Assembly: GCA_037443035.1 (NCBI GenBank)
Contig: JBBIPC010000001.1
Location: 128,001 to 192,000, forward strand
DNA from: Chthonomonadales bacterium
Lineage (GTDB): Bacteria; Armatimonadota; Chthonomonadetes; Chthonomonadales; CAJBBX01
Direction: 5' to 3'
DNA: 64,000 bases
This document shows, piece after piece, positions 27,759 through 36,882 of this stretch. The number at the start of each line of letters is the position of its first letter. Within the stretch, counting starts at the first letter, position 1. The notes under the pieces are model-generated. The model was not told the DNA's origin, made no database searches, and was given only the letters and a program-made list of their open reading frames with translations. A program made the translations under genes and the position numbers.

Positions 27759-29822
27759 ATGAAGGTGCCTGTAGAGTGGATTAGGGAATTCGCGCCGGTG
27801 GAGATGTCGGCCGACCAGATCGCCGACCGGCTGACAATGGCGGGTCTGGAGGTCGAAGCATCGGAGGAATCGGACGTCGGTATCGTCCTCGACATCAAGG
27901 TAACTCCTAACCGCGGTGACTGCCTGTCGGTGCTCGGTCTTGCACGGGAGTTAGCGGCTAGCTGTCGCATTCAGTTCCGCGGAAGACAGGTCGTGCCGAG
28001 CTCTGCGGACGAGCCACCAGATGCGGCGGCTTACACTGCTGTGACCATCGAGGCACCTGACCTCTGCCCGCGCTACGCGGCACGAGTCGTCGAAGACCTT
28101 CGCATTGGCGAATCCCCGGCGTGGATACAGGATCGGCTGGCAGCAGCGGGGATGCGTCCCATATCCAACGTTGTGGATATCACGAACTACGTCATGCTGG
28201 AGACCGGTCAGCCACTCCACGCCTTCGACTACGACACCCTTACGGAACGCCGGATCGTCGTGCGGCGTGCGCGAAACGGCGAAGTGCTTACGACGCTCGA
28301 TGGAGTCGAGCGACTCCTGAACAACGACATGTTGGTTATCGCAGATGCTCGGCGACCGGTTGCGCTGGCAGGAATCATGGGAGGGGCCGAGACAGAGATC
28401 ACGGAACGCACACGAACGCTCTTGTTGGAATCCGCCCACTTTGATAGGCGTTGTATCCGACGCACAGCTCGGACGCTCGCGTTGAATACAGAAGCGTCCT
28501 ATCGCTTCGAAAGGATCGTAGACCCAGAAGGCGTTGTCTATGCCGCGGACCTGGCCTGTAAGCTCATCGAAGAACTGGGCGCAGGTAGACCCGTTATGGG
28601 AGTGGTGGATGTCTATCCGGGACGACGGGAACTACGATCGGTGGTGCTTCGGCTGAGCAGGTGCCGTCTCCTGATGGGTTACGAGCCATCGGCCGAGGAT
28701 GTGACGCAGGCTCTGGAGAGGCTCGGATTCGGTCTAGTGCAGGTGGACGCAGGTGTCTGGGAGGTGCGGCCGCCATCGTGGCGACCGGACATCGTTAGGG
28801 AAGTGGATGTGGTGGAGGAAGTCGCCCGCGTTCTCGGTTACGACAGAATTCCCGAACGCCTCATGACGGGTCTGACAACGCGCGGCACGGATACCGAGGA
28901 GGCACGATTCCGTGACGCGGTTAGGGACAACCTCATCGGAGCAGGGCTACAGGAGGTCGTGTGCCACACGCTGATGGCCCCGTCGGATCTCGATGACCCA
29001 TCGCCGGAGACCCAGCGAGTAGCGATCCGTAGTGCCCTCTCTGCCGAACTCTCGGGTCTCCGGCGCTCGCTCATCCCGGGCCTATGCGATGTTGCCAGTC
29101 GTAACGCGCGTCGAGGACTCGGTCCGCTGGCTTTCTTCGAAGTTGGCCCGGTCTTCGCGGTCACGCGGGACGGCACCTACCTGGAGCGCGATGCCGTCGC
29201 GGGTCTAGTGAGCGGTCGGACGACTCCGCGCTCGTGGCACAAGCTCACTGCCGAAGTAACCCCGTTCTACGTGGGCAAGGGCCTTGTCGAGCGGATCTCA
29301 GGACAGTGGAAACTGGAGCTACGGTTTCAGCCGAGCGATGACCCGCGCCTCCACCCGACACGTCAGGCCGCGGTTACGCTCGATGGGCACCGAATCGGTG
29401 TTGTCGGCGAACTGCATCCGGCCAAGCATGCCGATCTCCATCTGCGAGAGCGGTGCGTGGTCTTCGAACTCCTACTGGAACCGTTGCGACTAGCGGCGGG
29501 CGTGGCTCGGCCCACGCCAGCGCAGCTAAGCAAGTACCCATCGGTTGCCCGCGACCTGGCGCCACGCGTGCCGATGGATGTGCCATACGAGGACGTGCGT
29601 GCACGGGTGGAGGAAGTGGCCGGTGAGTGGCTGGCAGAGCTTACGCTGGTGGATGTCTTTTCTGGACCGCCTTTGCCGGAAGGTACGCGAAGCTTCACGC
29701 TGTCCCTCGTGTTCCGTGCCGGAGATCGCACCCTGACCGATGCAGACGTGGACGGCGTCGTGGATCGCATGCGAGAGAGGCTGAAGTCGGAGCTCGGGGC
29801 CACGTTTCAGGAAGCCGGTTAG
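27759..29822 (+). CDS. pheT: Phenylalanine--tRNA ligase beta subunit (short form, no B2 OB domain)
   Basis: LTMAGLEVE followed almost directly by TPNRGDCLS; NVVDITNYVMLETGQPLHAFD; PSWRPD; C-terminal FDX-ACB RTLTD. Confidence 0.96.
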   Translation: MKVPVEWIREFAPVEMSADQIADRLTMAGLEVEASEESDVGIVLDIKVTPNRGDCLSVLGLARELAASCRIQFRGRQVVPSSADEPPDAAAYTAVTIEAPDLCPRYAARVVEDLRIGESPAWIQDRLAAAGMRPISNVVDITNYVMLETGQPLHAFDYDTLTERRIVVRRARNGEVLTTLDGVERLLNNDMLVIADARRPVALAGIMGGAETEITERTRTLLLESAHFDRRCIRRTARTLALNTEASYRFERIVDPEGVVYAADLACKLIEELGAGRPVMGVVDVYPGRRELRSVVLRLSRCRLLMGYEPSAEDVTQALERLGFGLVQVDAGVWEVRPPSWRPDIVREVDVVEEVARVLGYDRIPERLMTGLTTRGTDTEEARFRDAVRDNLIGAGLQEVVCHTLMAPSDLDDPSPETQRVAIRSALSAELSGLRRSLIPGLCDVASRNARRGLGPLAFFEVGPVFAVTRDGTYLERDAVAGLVSGRTTPRSWHKLTAEVTPFYVGKGLVERISGQWKLELRFQPSDDPRLHPTRQAAVTLDGHRIGVVGELHPAKHADLHLRERCVVFELLLEPLRLAAGVARPTPAQLSKYPSVARDLAPRVPMDVPYEDVRARVEEVAGEWLAELTLVDVFSGPPLPEGTRSFTLSLVFRAGDRTLTDADVDGVVDRMRERLKSELGATFQEAG

Positions 29823-29834
29823 GGGCAGTTCCGG

Positions 29835-31553
29835 ATGGCTCGACAGCCGGATGGGAACAGCCGCCCACTCGGATCCGCCGAGGTCATCCGCGGGCGGGTT
29901 CTCGAAGCGGCTGGCCTTGCTGCGGTTGTTGGTATGGCGGTTGTACTGCGCGCCTGGGGCATTCACTGGGGGCTGCCGAATGCCGACCAGATGTGTACCT
30001 ACCATCCGGACGAAGGCGTGAATCTGTTCAACGGCGTGCTGGATCGAGGCGTGGCCCGCCCCCATCTGGACATAGGCTTCTACAACTATGGTTCGTTCTA
30101 CTTCCTGTTATGGCAGGTTGCAGTGGCCGTGAACAGTGCCTACGGTTTCGTGGCGGTACCTTCCATCAACGAGACCAAAGTCCCGCCGTACGAGACCCTG
30201 GGGGCGATGATCCTTGTGGGAAGGCTGCTGTCCGTCCTCATGGCTGTTCTCACCTGCATGATGCTGTGGTGGTATGGGCGCGTCGTGGGACGTCGCGGGG
30301 TTGGGCTAGTTGCAGGCACCACCTACGCGGTCATCCCTCTCGCTGTGGTGCATGCACACTTCGCTACCGTGGACGTGACGGCCACGTGTCTGGCGACCGC
30401 TTCCATGCTCCTGGGGGCGTGGTACTTGCAGAAGGGTAGGTTAGGCGCTGCTCTGGCATCGGGGCTTCTGGCTGGTCTGGCGGCTGCCACCCGCTACAAC
30501 GTGGTCCTCGTAACGGCAGTGCCCCTCACCGCTGTCGCTCTTCGCTGGTGGCAGCAACGGCGAGACGGCGAGGGGCCTGCTTCTTGTATGACCGTCCTGG
30601 GCGTCGTAGCTGTGGGCGTTCTTGCCGGCTTTCTGTTTGGCTGTCCTGGTGCTCTGCTGAACTGGCCGAAGTTCAGCTCCGACATTGTTTTCGAGGCACG
30701 CAAGTCTGCGCAGGGGATGGGGCTGCTGTTTCAGGACACCGGCAATGGCTGGGTCTACCATTACGCCAGCTCCCTACGTCATGGGCTCGGCCTGCCACTG
30801 CTCGCCGTAGTCACGGCCGCAGTTCTTCTGGCGGACTGGCGTCGCTGCCGGGAATTGCAGCTCATCCTACCGTTCGTTCTTGTCTACTACCTCTTCATGG
30901 GGGCTGCTCAGGTACGATTCGCCCGGTACATGATACCGCTACTACCGCCTCTGTGTCTGATAGTAGGCTTCTTCGGAAGCGGCATGACCCGCTTCGCGCT
31001 CATCAGGCGGATCGGCGCGGCCGTGGTTGTGCTGGGAGTTCTTCCAGCGTTGCATGCGTCGGTCGCATACGCACACCGCATGGCTTCGACGGATCCCCGC
31101 GACGAGGCAGCCGAATTCATCCAGCAGGCGCTCCCGCGTGGTGCTACGATCGCCTTCGCCACCACGCCATGGTATTGGTCCCCTCCACTGCTGCCAGTAT
31201 TCACAGCTCCCGTACCAGGTGCAGCACGTCGCAGACTCATCTTGGCCGCGCCTAGCGAGTACCGGTTGCTCCTGCCAAGGCAGGACACCGAGTGGGATAC
31301 ACGGGTGCTGACCGAGAGTGCGCCAGACTGTGTTGTCATATCGGACCTGGAGAGCCAGGACGCGTTGCGGCTGCATCTGCCGCAGGCTCTCGAGTTCCAC
31401 CGCCTGGCTCGCATCGGCCGCAGGACTGTGAGATTCGGTGGGCGTCCACGCCTGTGGGGTATTGTCGCGGCATCAGAGACCTACTTGCCCAACGACATGC
31501 TCTACGTCTGCCCCCGAATCACTGTGTACGTGCGCGCAGGCATGCACCGTTGA
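29835..31553 (+). CDS. GT-C / family 39 (ArnT/PMT-like) membrane glycosyltransferase
   Basis: GIHWGLP...YHPDE, AHFATVD, GLAAATRYN, RYMIPLLP; many TM helices. Confidence 0.85.
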   Translation: MARQPDGNSRPLGSAEVIRGRVLEAAGLAAVVGMAVVLRAWGIHWGLPNADQMCTYHPDEGVNLFNGVLDRGVARPHLDIGFYNYGSFYFLLWQVAVAVNSAYGFVAVPSINETKVPPYETLGAMILVGRLLSVLMAVLTCMMLWWYGRVVGRRGVGLVAGTTYAVIPLAVVHAHFATVDVTATCLATASMLLGAWYLQKGRLGAALASGLLAGLAAATRYNVVLVTAVPLTAVALRWWQQRRDGEGPASCMTVLGVVAVGVLAGFLFGCPGALLNWPKFSSDIVFEARKSAQGMGLLFQDTGNGWVYHYASSLRHGLGLPLLAVVTAAVLLADWRRCRELQLILPFVLVYYLFMGAAQVRFARYMIPLLPPLCLIVGFFGSGMTRFALIRRIGAAVVVLGVLPALHASVAYAHRMASTDPRDEAAEFIQQALPRGATIAFATTPWYWSPPLLPVFTAPVPGAARRRLILAAPSEYRLLLPRQDTEWDTRVLTESAPDCVVISDLESQDALRLHLPQALEFHRLARIGRRTVRFGGRPRLWGIVAASETYLPNDMLYVCPRITVYVRAGMHR

Positions 31554-32473
31554 CGCTCTCCGAGCTTATCGAACGGTTCTTGGAGCACATGGCCGTCGAG
31601 CGAGGCGCCTCGTCCAACACGATTGAGGCCTACGGCCGTGATCTTCGCCAGTTCTGCGGCTACATGAAGGCTTCAGAGGCATACGATGTATCCAGGCTGG
31701 GAGTCGAGAGCGTCGAGTCCTTCATAGCTGATCTCCGACGCAGCAGCATGAGCGATGCCACCATCGCTCGCAAGGTTGCCGCTATCAAGTCGTTCTCCAG
31801 ATTCGCCCATGCCGAAGGCTATCTGCCCACGAACTTCGCGGAGGATACACCGCCACTCCGGGCAGCCCACAAGCTACCTTCTGTGTTGTCGCCGTTGCAG
31901 ATCGCCAAGCTGCTGGGCGCTCGTCCGATGCATGACCGGACGGCCATACGCGATCGCGCCATGCTCGAAGTCCTCTACTCGTCGGGTCTCAGGGTGTCGG
32001 AACTGGTGCGCCTGACGGTAGGAGACGTGGACTTCGAGGCTGGCACGGTTCATTGCCGCGGCAAGGGAAACAAAGAGCGGATTGTGCCACTGGGACGGCC
32101 TGCACTGCGCTGGCTCGCTGCGCATTGCGCAGCGCTTCGTCAACAAGGCGGGAACTTATCTTCGGCGACACTGTTGTTCGGAGGACGGAGGAGCCGGCCG
32201 ATCGCGCGCCAGGCGGTCTGGCGCATAGTGCGGCGTGAAGCCATACGGGCAGGTATCACTCGCCGGGTAAGCCCCCACACGTTGCGGCACAGTTTCGCGA
32301 CGCACATGCTCGCCAGGGGCGCAGACCTGCGCATCATCCAAGAGCTGCTCGGCCACGCTCGCGTGACGACGACAGAGATCTACACACACGTGGAGCGCGA
32401 TCGCTTGCGCCGAGTGTACCGACGCTCCCACCCACGGGCATTCTCGCAGACGCTGCGGACGACAGAGCGCTAG
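31550..32473 (+). CDS. xerD: Site-specific tyrosine recombinase XerD-like
   Basis: ERGASSNTIEAYGRDL, RDRAMLEVLYSSGLRVSEL, GKGNKER, SPHTLRHSFATH, QELLGH...TEIYTH; TTG 31550 overlaps upstream stop. Confidence 0.9.
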   Translation: MTLSELIERFLEHMAVERGASSNTIEAYGRDLRQFCGYMKASEAYDVSRLGVESVESFIADLRRSSMSDATIARKVAAIKSFSRFAHAEGYLPTNFAEDTPPLRAAHKLPSVLSPLQIAKLLGARPMHDRTAIRDRAMLEVLYSSGLRVSELVRLTVGDVDFEAGTVHCRGKGNKERIVPLGRPALRWLAAHCAALRQQGGNLSSATLLFGGRRSRPIARQAVWRIVRREAIRAGITRRVSPHTLRHSFATHMLARGADLRIIQELLGHARVTTTEIYTHVERDRLRRVYRRSHPRAFSQTLRTTER

Positions 32474-32491
32474 TCTCCACGATGGTGTATC

Positions 32492-33232
32492 ATGCCGCGA
32501 GACGGTAAGGAGGAGCGTAGAGTCAGGAGCATGGAAGTTTCAGACGATGGCTACAGCGTGACGATCCGAGATCTGCCGACCGACGAGCGGCCGCGGGAGA
32601 AGCTTGCGCGCAACGGCGCGCAATCGCTCTCCACGCAAGAGCTCCTTGCCATCATACTGCGCACGGGCACGGCGGGTCGCAGCGCTCTATCTCTGGCAGA
32701 TCGTCTCCTTCATGCGCATGGTGGTCTGCGTGGTCTTGCCAGGGCTGACATCGGTGAGCTGATTCGGACGGAAGGGGTGGGCAAGGTCAAAGCTATCCAG
32801 ATCGCCGCGTGCGTGGAGCTAGGCCGCCGCTTGGCGGTTCAGATGGAGGATGAGCGGCGTACGGTCGGCAGCCCCGAGGAAGTCGCCGACATGTTAATGC
32901 CAGAAATGCGCGACCTGAAGGTCGAGCAGTTTCGCGTGCTGGTGCTCGACACGAAGCATCGCATCATTCGCGTGAAGATGGCATCCATGGGAACATTGGA
33001 TGCGAGTCTCGTGCATCCGAGGGAGGTGTTTCGAGAGGCCATCGCGGCGTCAGGAGCAGCCGTGATCGTGGCGCACAATCATCCAAGCGGCGATCCAACT
33101 CCCAGCAGGGAGGACAGGGCGACAACGCAACGGCTGGCGGAGGCCGGGCGGGTTCTGGGGATCGAGCTGTTGGACCACCTGATCATAGGAGAGTCGAAGT
33201 GGATCAGCATGAAAAGGGCGGGCTACTTATGA
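32492..33232 (+). CDS. radC: RadC/JAB domain protein
   Basis: ERPREKL, ELLAIILRTG, VHPREVF, AHNHPSGDPTPSRED, LLDHLIIG. Confidence 0.95.
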   Translation: MPRDGKEERRVRSMEVSDDGYSVTIRDLPTDERPREKLARNGAQSLSTQELLAIILRTGTAGRSALSLADRLLHAHGGLRGLARADIGELIRTEGVGKVKAIQIAACVELGRRLAVQMEDERRTVGSPEEVADMLMPEMRDLKVEQFRVLVLDTKHRIIRVKMASMGTLDASLVHPREVFREAIAASGAAVIVAHNHPSGDPTPSREDRATTQRLAEAGRVLGIELLDHLIIGESKWISMKRAGYL

Positions 33233-33861
33233 GCGGTGGAAGTCTAGCCGAGATCGCGGCTCGGCTTCGCGAGACCCTAGAGAGCGCTTCCGCGGCTCGG
33301 GAGGAAGCACTGCGGCAATGCCGCGCGACAATCCAGTGCTCGTCTCGCTCCATACGCGCTCTGCACAGGGGTGAGTTCGAAGAAGCCGAGGCATGGCTCG
33401 GCAGGGCGAGGGAGGGCTTCGAAGCGGTACGTCGGGTGCTAGAGGCCTACCCCGCGATCTACTATGCTGGCTACGTACATGACGCGCAGAAGGAATACGC
33501 GGAAGCTGCTCTTGTGGGATGCCTGATTCGGAACCGTCCCTACGATACACCGGAGTCGCTCGGGGTAGAGCCTGCCGCCTACCTCAACGGCCTTGCCGAA
33601 GCTGGTAGCGAGGGCAGGCGATATGTCCTCGACCGGCTGCGCTTGGGCGACATAGCCGAAGCCGACAGGGTTCTCGGCGCCATGGATGAGATCTACTACG
33701 AACTCATCGCGTGCGACTTTCCCGACGCTATCACCGGCGGCCTCAGACGGACCACCGATGCCTTCCGCGCTGTCTTGGAGCGAACCCGCGGCGACTTGTG
33801 CCTTGCTGTTCAGCAGCGGGATCTGCAGCGGTCCTTGGAGCGGTTTGGCGGCGTGCAGTGA
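33229..33861 (+). CDS. Prokaryotic translin/TRAX-like protein
   Basis: REEALRQCRATIQCSSRSIRALHRG, QKEYAEA, YLNGLAEAGSEGRR, GLRRTTD; ATGA overlap with radC. Confidence 0.8.
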   Translation: MSGGSLAEIAARLRETLESASAAREEALRQCRATIQCSSRSIRALHRGEFEEAEAWLGRAREGFEAVRRVLEAYPAIYYAGYVHDAQKEYAEAALVGCLIRNRPYDTPESLGVEPAAYLNGLAEAGSEGRRYVLDRLRLGDIAEADRVLGAMDEIYYELIACDFPDAITGGLRRTTDAFRAVLERTRGDLCLAVQQRDLQRSLERFGGVQ

Positions 33862-34604
33862 ACGGCGACTCTCGACGGAGAGACCGGGCCGATGACCTCA
33901 TCCCCGGCATGCTGACGGTGCTCATGCCGGTGTACAATGAGCTGCCCACGATCGGTGAGGTCCTCCGCCGTGTGCTAGATGCTCCCGTCGAGAAAGAGGT
34001 GCTCATCATAGACGACGCGAGTACAGACGGGACGACGGAGTATCTGCGGGAGCATGTAGAAGCGAAGTGCGAGGGAGTTCGTATTCACTATCTGGAACGC
34101 AACGGTGGCAAGGGCGCAGCCATTCGCGCTGGCCTGCCCCTCGTTCGGGGGGAGTACATCGTCATACAGGACGGCGATTTGGAATACGACCCGTCGGATT
34201 ATGCGAAGTTGCTGGAGGTGCTCCGCGATGGTGCTCCGGTGGTCTACGGAACGCGTTTCGCGCACGGCATGCCGCCCATGCGGTTGCTGAACAAGATCAT
34301 CAACCGGATCCTGGCGGGCCTCGTTCGATGGCTCTACGGCGAACCAATCACCGATGAAGCAACATGCTACAAGGCATTTCGTACCGATGTCCTGAGGAGC
34401 ATTCCGCTCGAGTGTCGCCGCTTCGAGTTCTGCCCTGAGGTGACGGCGAAGGTCCTGAGGCGCGGTATGCACATCGCGGAGGTCCCTATCCGCTACACGG
34501 CTCGAAGCATGAAGGAGGGCAAGAAGATACGATGGACCGACGGCGTTATTGCCGTCTGGACGCTTATCAAGTACCGCTGGTGGCGCCAGCGAGAAGGGAG
34601 TTGA
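33858..34604 (+). CDS. Glycosyltransferase family 2 (DPM synthase-like)
   Basis: MPVYNE, IIDDASTDGT, NGGKGAA, QDGDLEYDP, EVPIRY..R..EGKK; start GTG 33858 or ATG 33909. Confidence 0.92.
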   Translation: MNGDSRRRDRADDLIPGMLTVLMPVYNELPTIGEVLRRVLDAPVEKEVLIIDDASTDGTTEYLREHVEAKCEGVRIHYLERNGGKGAAIRAGLPLVRGEYIVIQDGDLEYDPSDYAKLLEVLRDGAPVVYGTRFAHGMPPMRLLNKIINRILAGLVRWLYGEPITDEATCYKAFRTDVLRSIPLECRRFEFCPEVTAKVLRRGMHIAEVPIRYTARSMKEGKKIRWTDGVIAVWTLIKYRWWRQREGS

Positions 34605-34607
34605 GCG

Positions 34608-34835
34608 ATGCCGGTTCTAACGCTTATTGCACCGGAAATACACTGCGACGGATGTGCAGCGTCCATCCGCCGCTCGCTGGGCAGAATGGCAGGGGTCGAG
34701 GTGCTTGGCGTGGATGTCCCTGGGAAGTCGGTCCGAGTTGCGTACGACGAGGGTCTCACGAGTCAGGAAGCGATCGTCGCGCGGATGCATCAGGCTGGCT
34801 TCCCGCCGACGGTCGTAGATCATTCGCAGGAGTAG
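34608..34835 (+). CDS. Heavy-metal-associated domain protein (CopZ-like)
   Basis: IHCDGC metal motif, 75 aa, AGF near the C-terminus. Confidence 0.85.
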   Translation: MPVLTLIAPEIHCDGCAASIRRSLGRMAGVEVLGVDVPGKSVRVAYDEGLTSQEAIVARMHQAGFPPTVVDHSQE

Positions 34836-34842
34836 GCGACTA

Positions 34843-35946
34843 ATGCTGAGGTCATTGCGCTGTATGCCACGTAGCCTGGCGGTGGCAATCCTAGTGCTTC
34901 TGGTCCGTGAGAGTGCTGACGCGGTCCCGTTCTGTGAGTTCAGCCCCTCCGGTGACGCTGTCGTTGCAACGTGGCCAGCGGAGGCATCAAACGCCGACTC
35001 CGCAGCGATCATCGCTCTCGAAACGGGACGCGTGGAACTTCTCGGTGGTGGCGCAAGTGTCGCTGGGGCGTCCTGGTCGCCTGATGGTCAGTTCCTCGTG
35101 TATAGCGTTCTTTCTGGGCAAGCCGTGCAGACGCGGCTGCGGAATCTCAAGACGGGCCGCGAGCGGACCCTCCGTGTCCCTATCGGGCCGCCGTTCGCTT
35201 GGCGGGAAGACGGGAAGCGGTTCGCTGGCATCGCACGCGCCGACGACGGCCAGCTCAAGGTGGTGTTCTTCAATGCTACGGAGTTCGGCGAGACGCTACG
35301 TGTGGATCTCGAACTCCAAAGTGTAGAGGCGAGAGGGCTAGTGTGGTTGTACGGCACGGACGATGTGATGCTGCTTGGAAGCAGGGGATCTAGGACGGAC
35401 GTGTATGCGGTGGAGAGCGGTCAGGTGCGGCAGATCTCCTCGACTGGAGACGTCATAGCAATGGCGCTGGGATGCGATAGGCACTCCGTCGTGTGGGCCA
35501 GAAGCAGCAGGAACCTTCGGTACATTTTGCTGTCCCTGTACGAGTTCGATACCAACACTCGGTCGGTCCGACGACTCCGCTTTCCTGAGCGCGTCTCGCT
35601 CATCAACCCGACGCCGCAGAGTGCACCGGTCGCTCTCGACACAGTGCTCGTCTCTCCGTCCAGCAACCGTCTGGCTGTAGTTGCGTCGTATGCGGCCAAG
35701 GGTGGTGGGGAAGTGCTGCGGCTCTTCAGTATCCCCCTAACGGGCAACGGCGCCAGTCAGGTGCGGGCTGCCCATCGAACGGGATCCCAGGCGCCATGGC
35801 CCAGGTTCGTGCCTGCTCTTTCTCCCGACGGTCGCCACCTTTGCGTATTGCATCAGGACGCGGCGGAGTGCGTTCTTGCGCTGTTCGACCCGAATGGCAA
35901 GAACGGCCGCATCGTGGTTCGAAGCCCTTACGGAGGGCGCTCCTGA
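34843..35946 (+). CDS. Secreted TolB-like beta-propeller protein
   Basis: Signal-like N-term; repeated FSPSGD, WSPDG, WREDG and LSPDG motifs. Confidence 0.7.
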   Translation: MLRSLRCMPRSLAVAILVLLVRESADAVPFCEFSPSGDAVVATWPAEASNADSAAIIALETGRVELLGGGASVAGASWSPDGQFLVYSVLSGQAVQTRLRNLKTGRERTLRVPIGPPFAWREDGKRFAGIARADDGQLKVVFFNATEFGETLRVDLELQSVEARGLVWLYGTDDVMLLGSRGSRTDVYAVESGQVRQISSTGDVIAMALGCDRHSVVWARSSRNLRYILLSLYEFDTNTRSVRRLRFPERVSLINPTPQSAPVALDTVLVSPSSNRLAVVASYAAKGGGEVLRLFSIPLTGNGASQVRAAHRTGSQAPWPRFVPALSPDGRHLCVLHQDAAECVLALFDPNGKNGRIVVRSPYGGRS

Positions 35947-36875
35947 CCGGCCGACGCCCGCCCCCGAGGCTTCGTCCTGGTGCCGCGATCGGGATCGTGG
36001 CACCGTCCAGTCCCCTGCGAGATACTGCATTCATGCGTGGGGTGGAATACATAGCGTCGCTTGGATACCGACCTGTGCTTGCGACTCACGTCTTCGACCA
36101 GTACGGGTACCTTGCAGGAATGGACGCTGCGCGGGCTGCCGACTTCACGGAGATGTTCGAGCGCTGCGATATCGGGGCAGTCATGTGCGCCCGAGGTGGA
36201 TACGGCGCGAGCCGTATGGTGGACTGCATAGACTGGGATACCGTATGCGCACACCCGAAGCCTTTCGTGGGCTACAGCGACATAACGACACTCCACCTGG
36301 CTATGGACCGCCATGCCGGCATCGTTACGTTTCACGGCCCGATGGTTACAACGCTCGGAAGCGATGCCGATGATCAGTGCCGGCGTATGCTCATCCGGAC
36401 CCTAACGGAACCCACACCGCTCGGGTACGTTGTAGCTCCAGAGGATCGGGCTACGTGCCTCGTTTCTGGACAAGTTCGTGGGAGGCTGGCGGGAGGCTGT
36501 CTGTCCCTATTGTGTGCTGCTCTGGCGACTCCCGAAGAGCCGGATTTCGGGGGTTGCATCGTCTTGCTGGAGGATACGCACGAGCCTCTGTATCGGGTGG
36601 ACCGCATGTTGACCCAGATCGTCAGAAGCGGTTGTCTGGACGAGGCGGCAGGATTCGTCATTGGCACAGTCTCGAATCTCGTGGACGACGTGGCGCCCTG
36701 CCCCTTCGATCTCCACGAACTGTGGGCCGACGTCCTGGGTCCGCTCGGGCGACCTATGCTGGCCGACGTGCCGATTGGACACGTGCCATCGCCGCTTACG
36801 ATACCGCTTGGGTGTACCGCAGAACTGGACGCCGGGGCTGGGACGCTGTGCGTGCTAGACCCGGCGGTGGCCTAG
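35943..36875 (+). CDS. ldcA: LD-carboxypeptidase (peptidase S66)
   Basis: IGIVAPSS, ARGGYG, FVGYSDIT, TFHGP, LLED, PIGH; probable CTG start at 35943 after GGAGG. Confidence 0.9.
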   Translation: MTGRRPPPRLRPGAAIGIVAPSSPLRDTAFMRGVEYIASLGYRPVLATHVFDQYGYLAGMDAARAADFTEMFERCDIGAVMCARGGYGASRMVDCIDWDTVCAHPKPFVGYSDITTLHLAMDRHAGIVTFHGPMVTTLGSDADDQCRRMLIRTLTEPTPLGYVVAPEDRATCLVSGQVRGRLAGGCLSLLCAALATPEEPDFGGCIVLLEDTHEPLYRVDRMLTQIVRSGCLDEAAGFVIGTVSNLVDDVAPCPFDLHELWADVLGPLGRPMLADVPIGHVPSPLTIPLGCTAELDAGAGTLCVLDPAVA

Positions 36876-36882
36876 AGATTCG

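Noticed and set aside
31550..32473. Tyrosine recombinase + radC as a prophage or integrative element
   Set aside because: XerD-type sequence, coupled to housekeeping neighbours, full-length RadC, and no att repeats or phage genes seen
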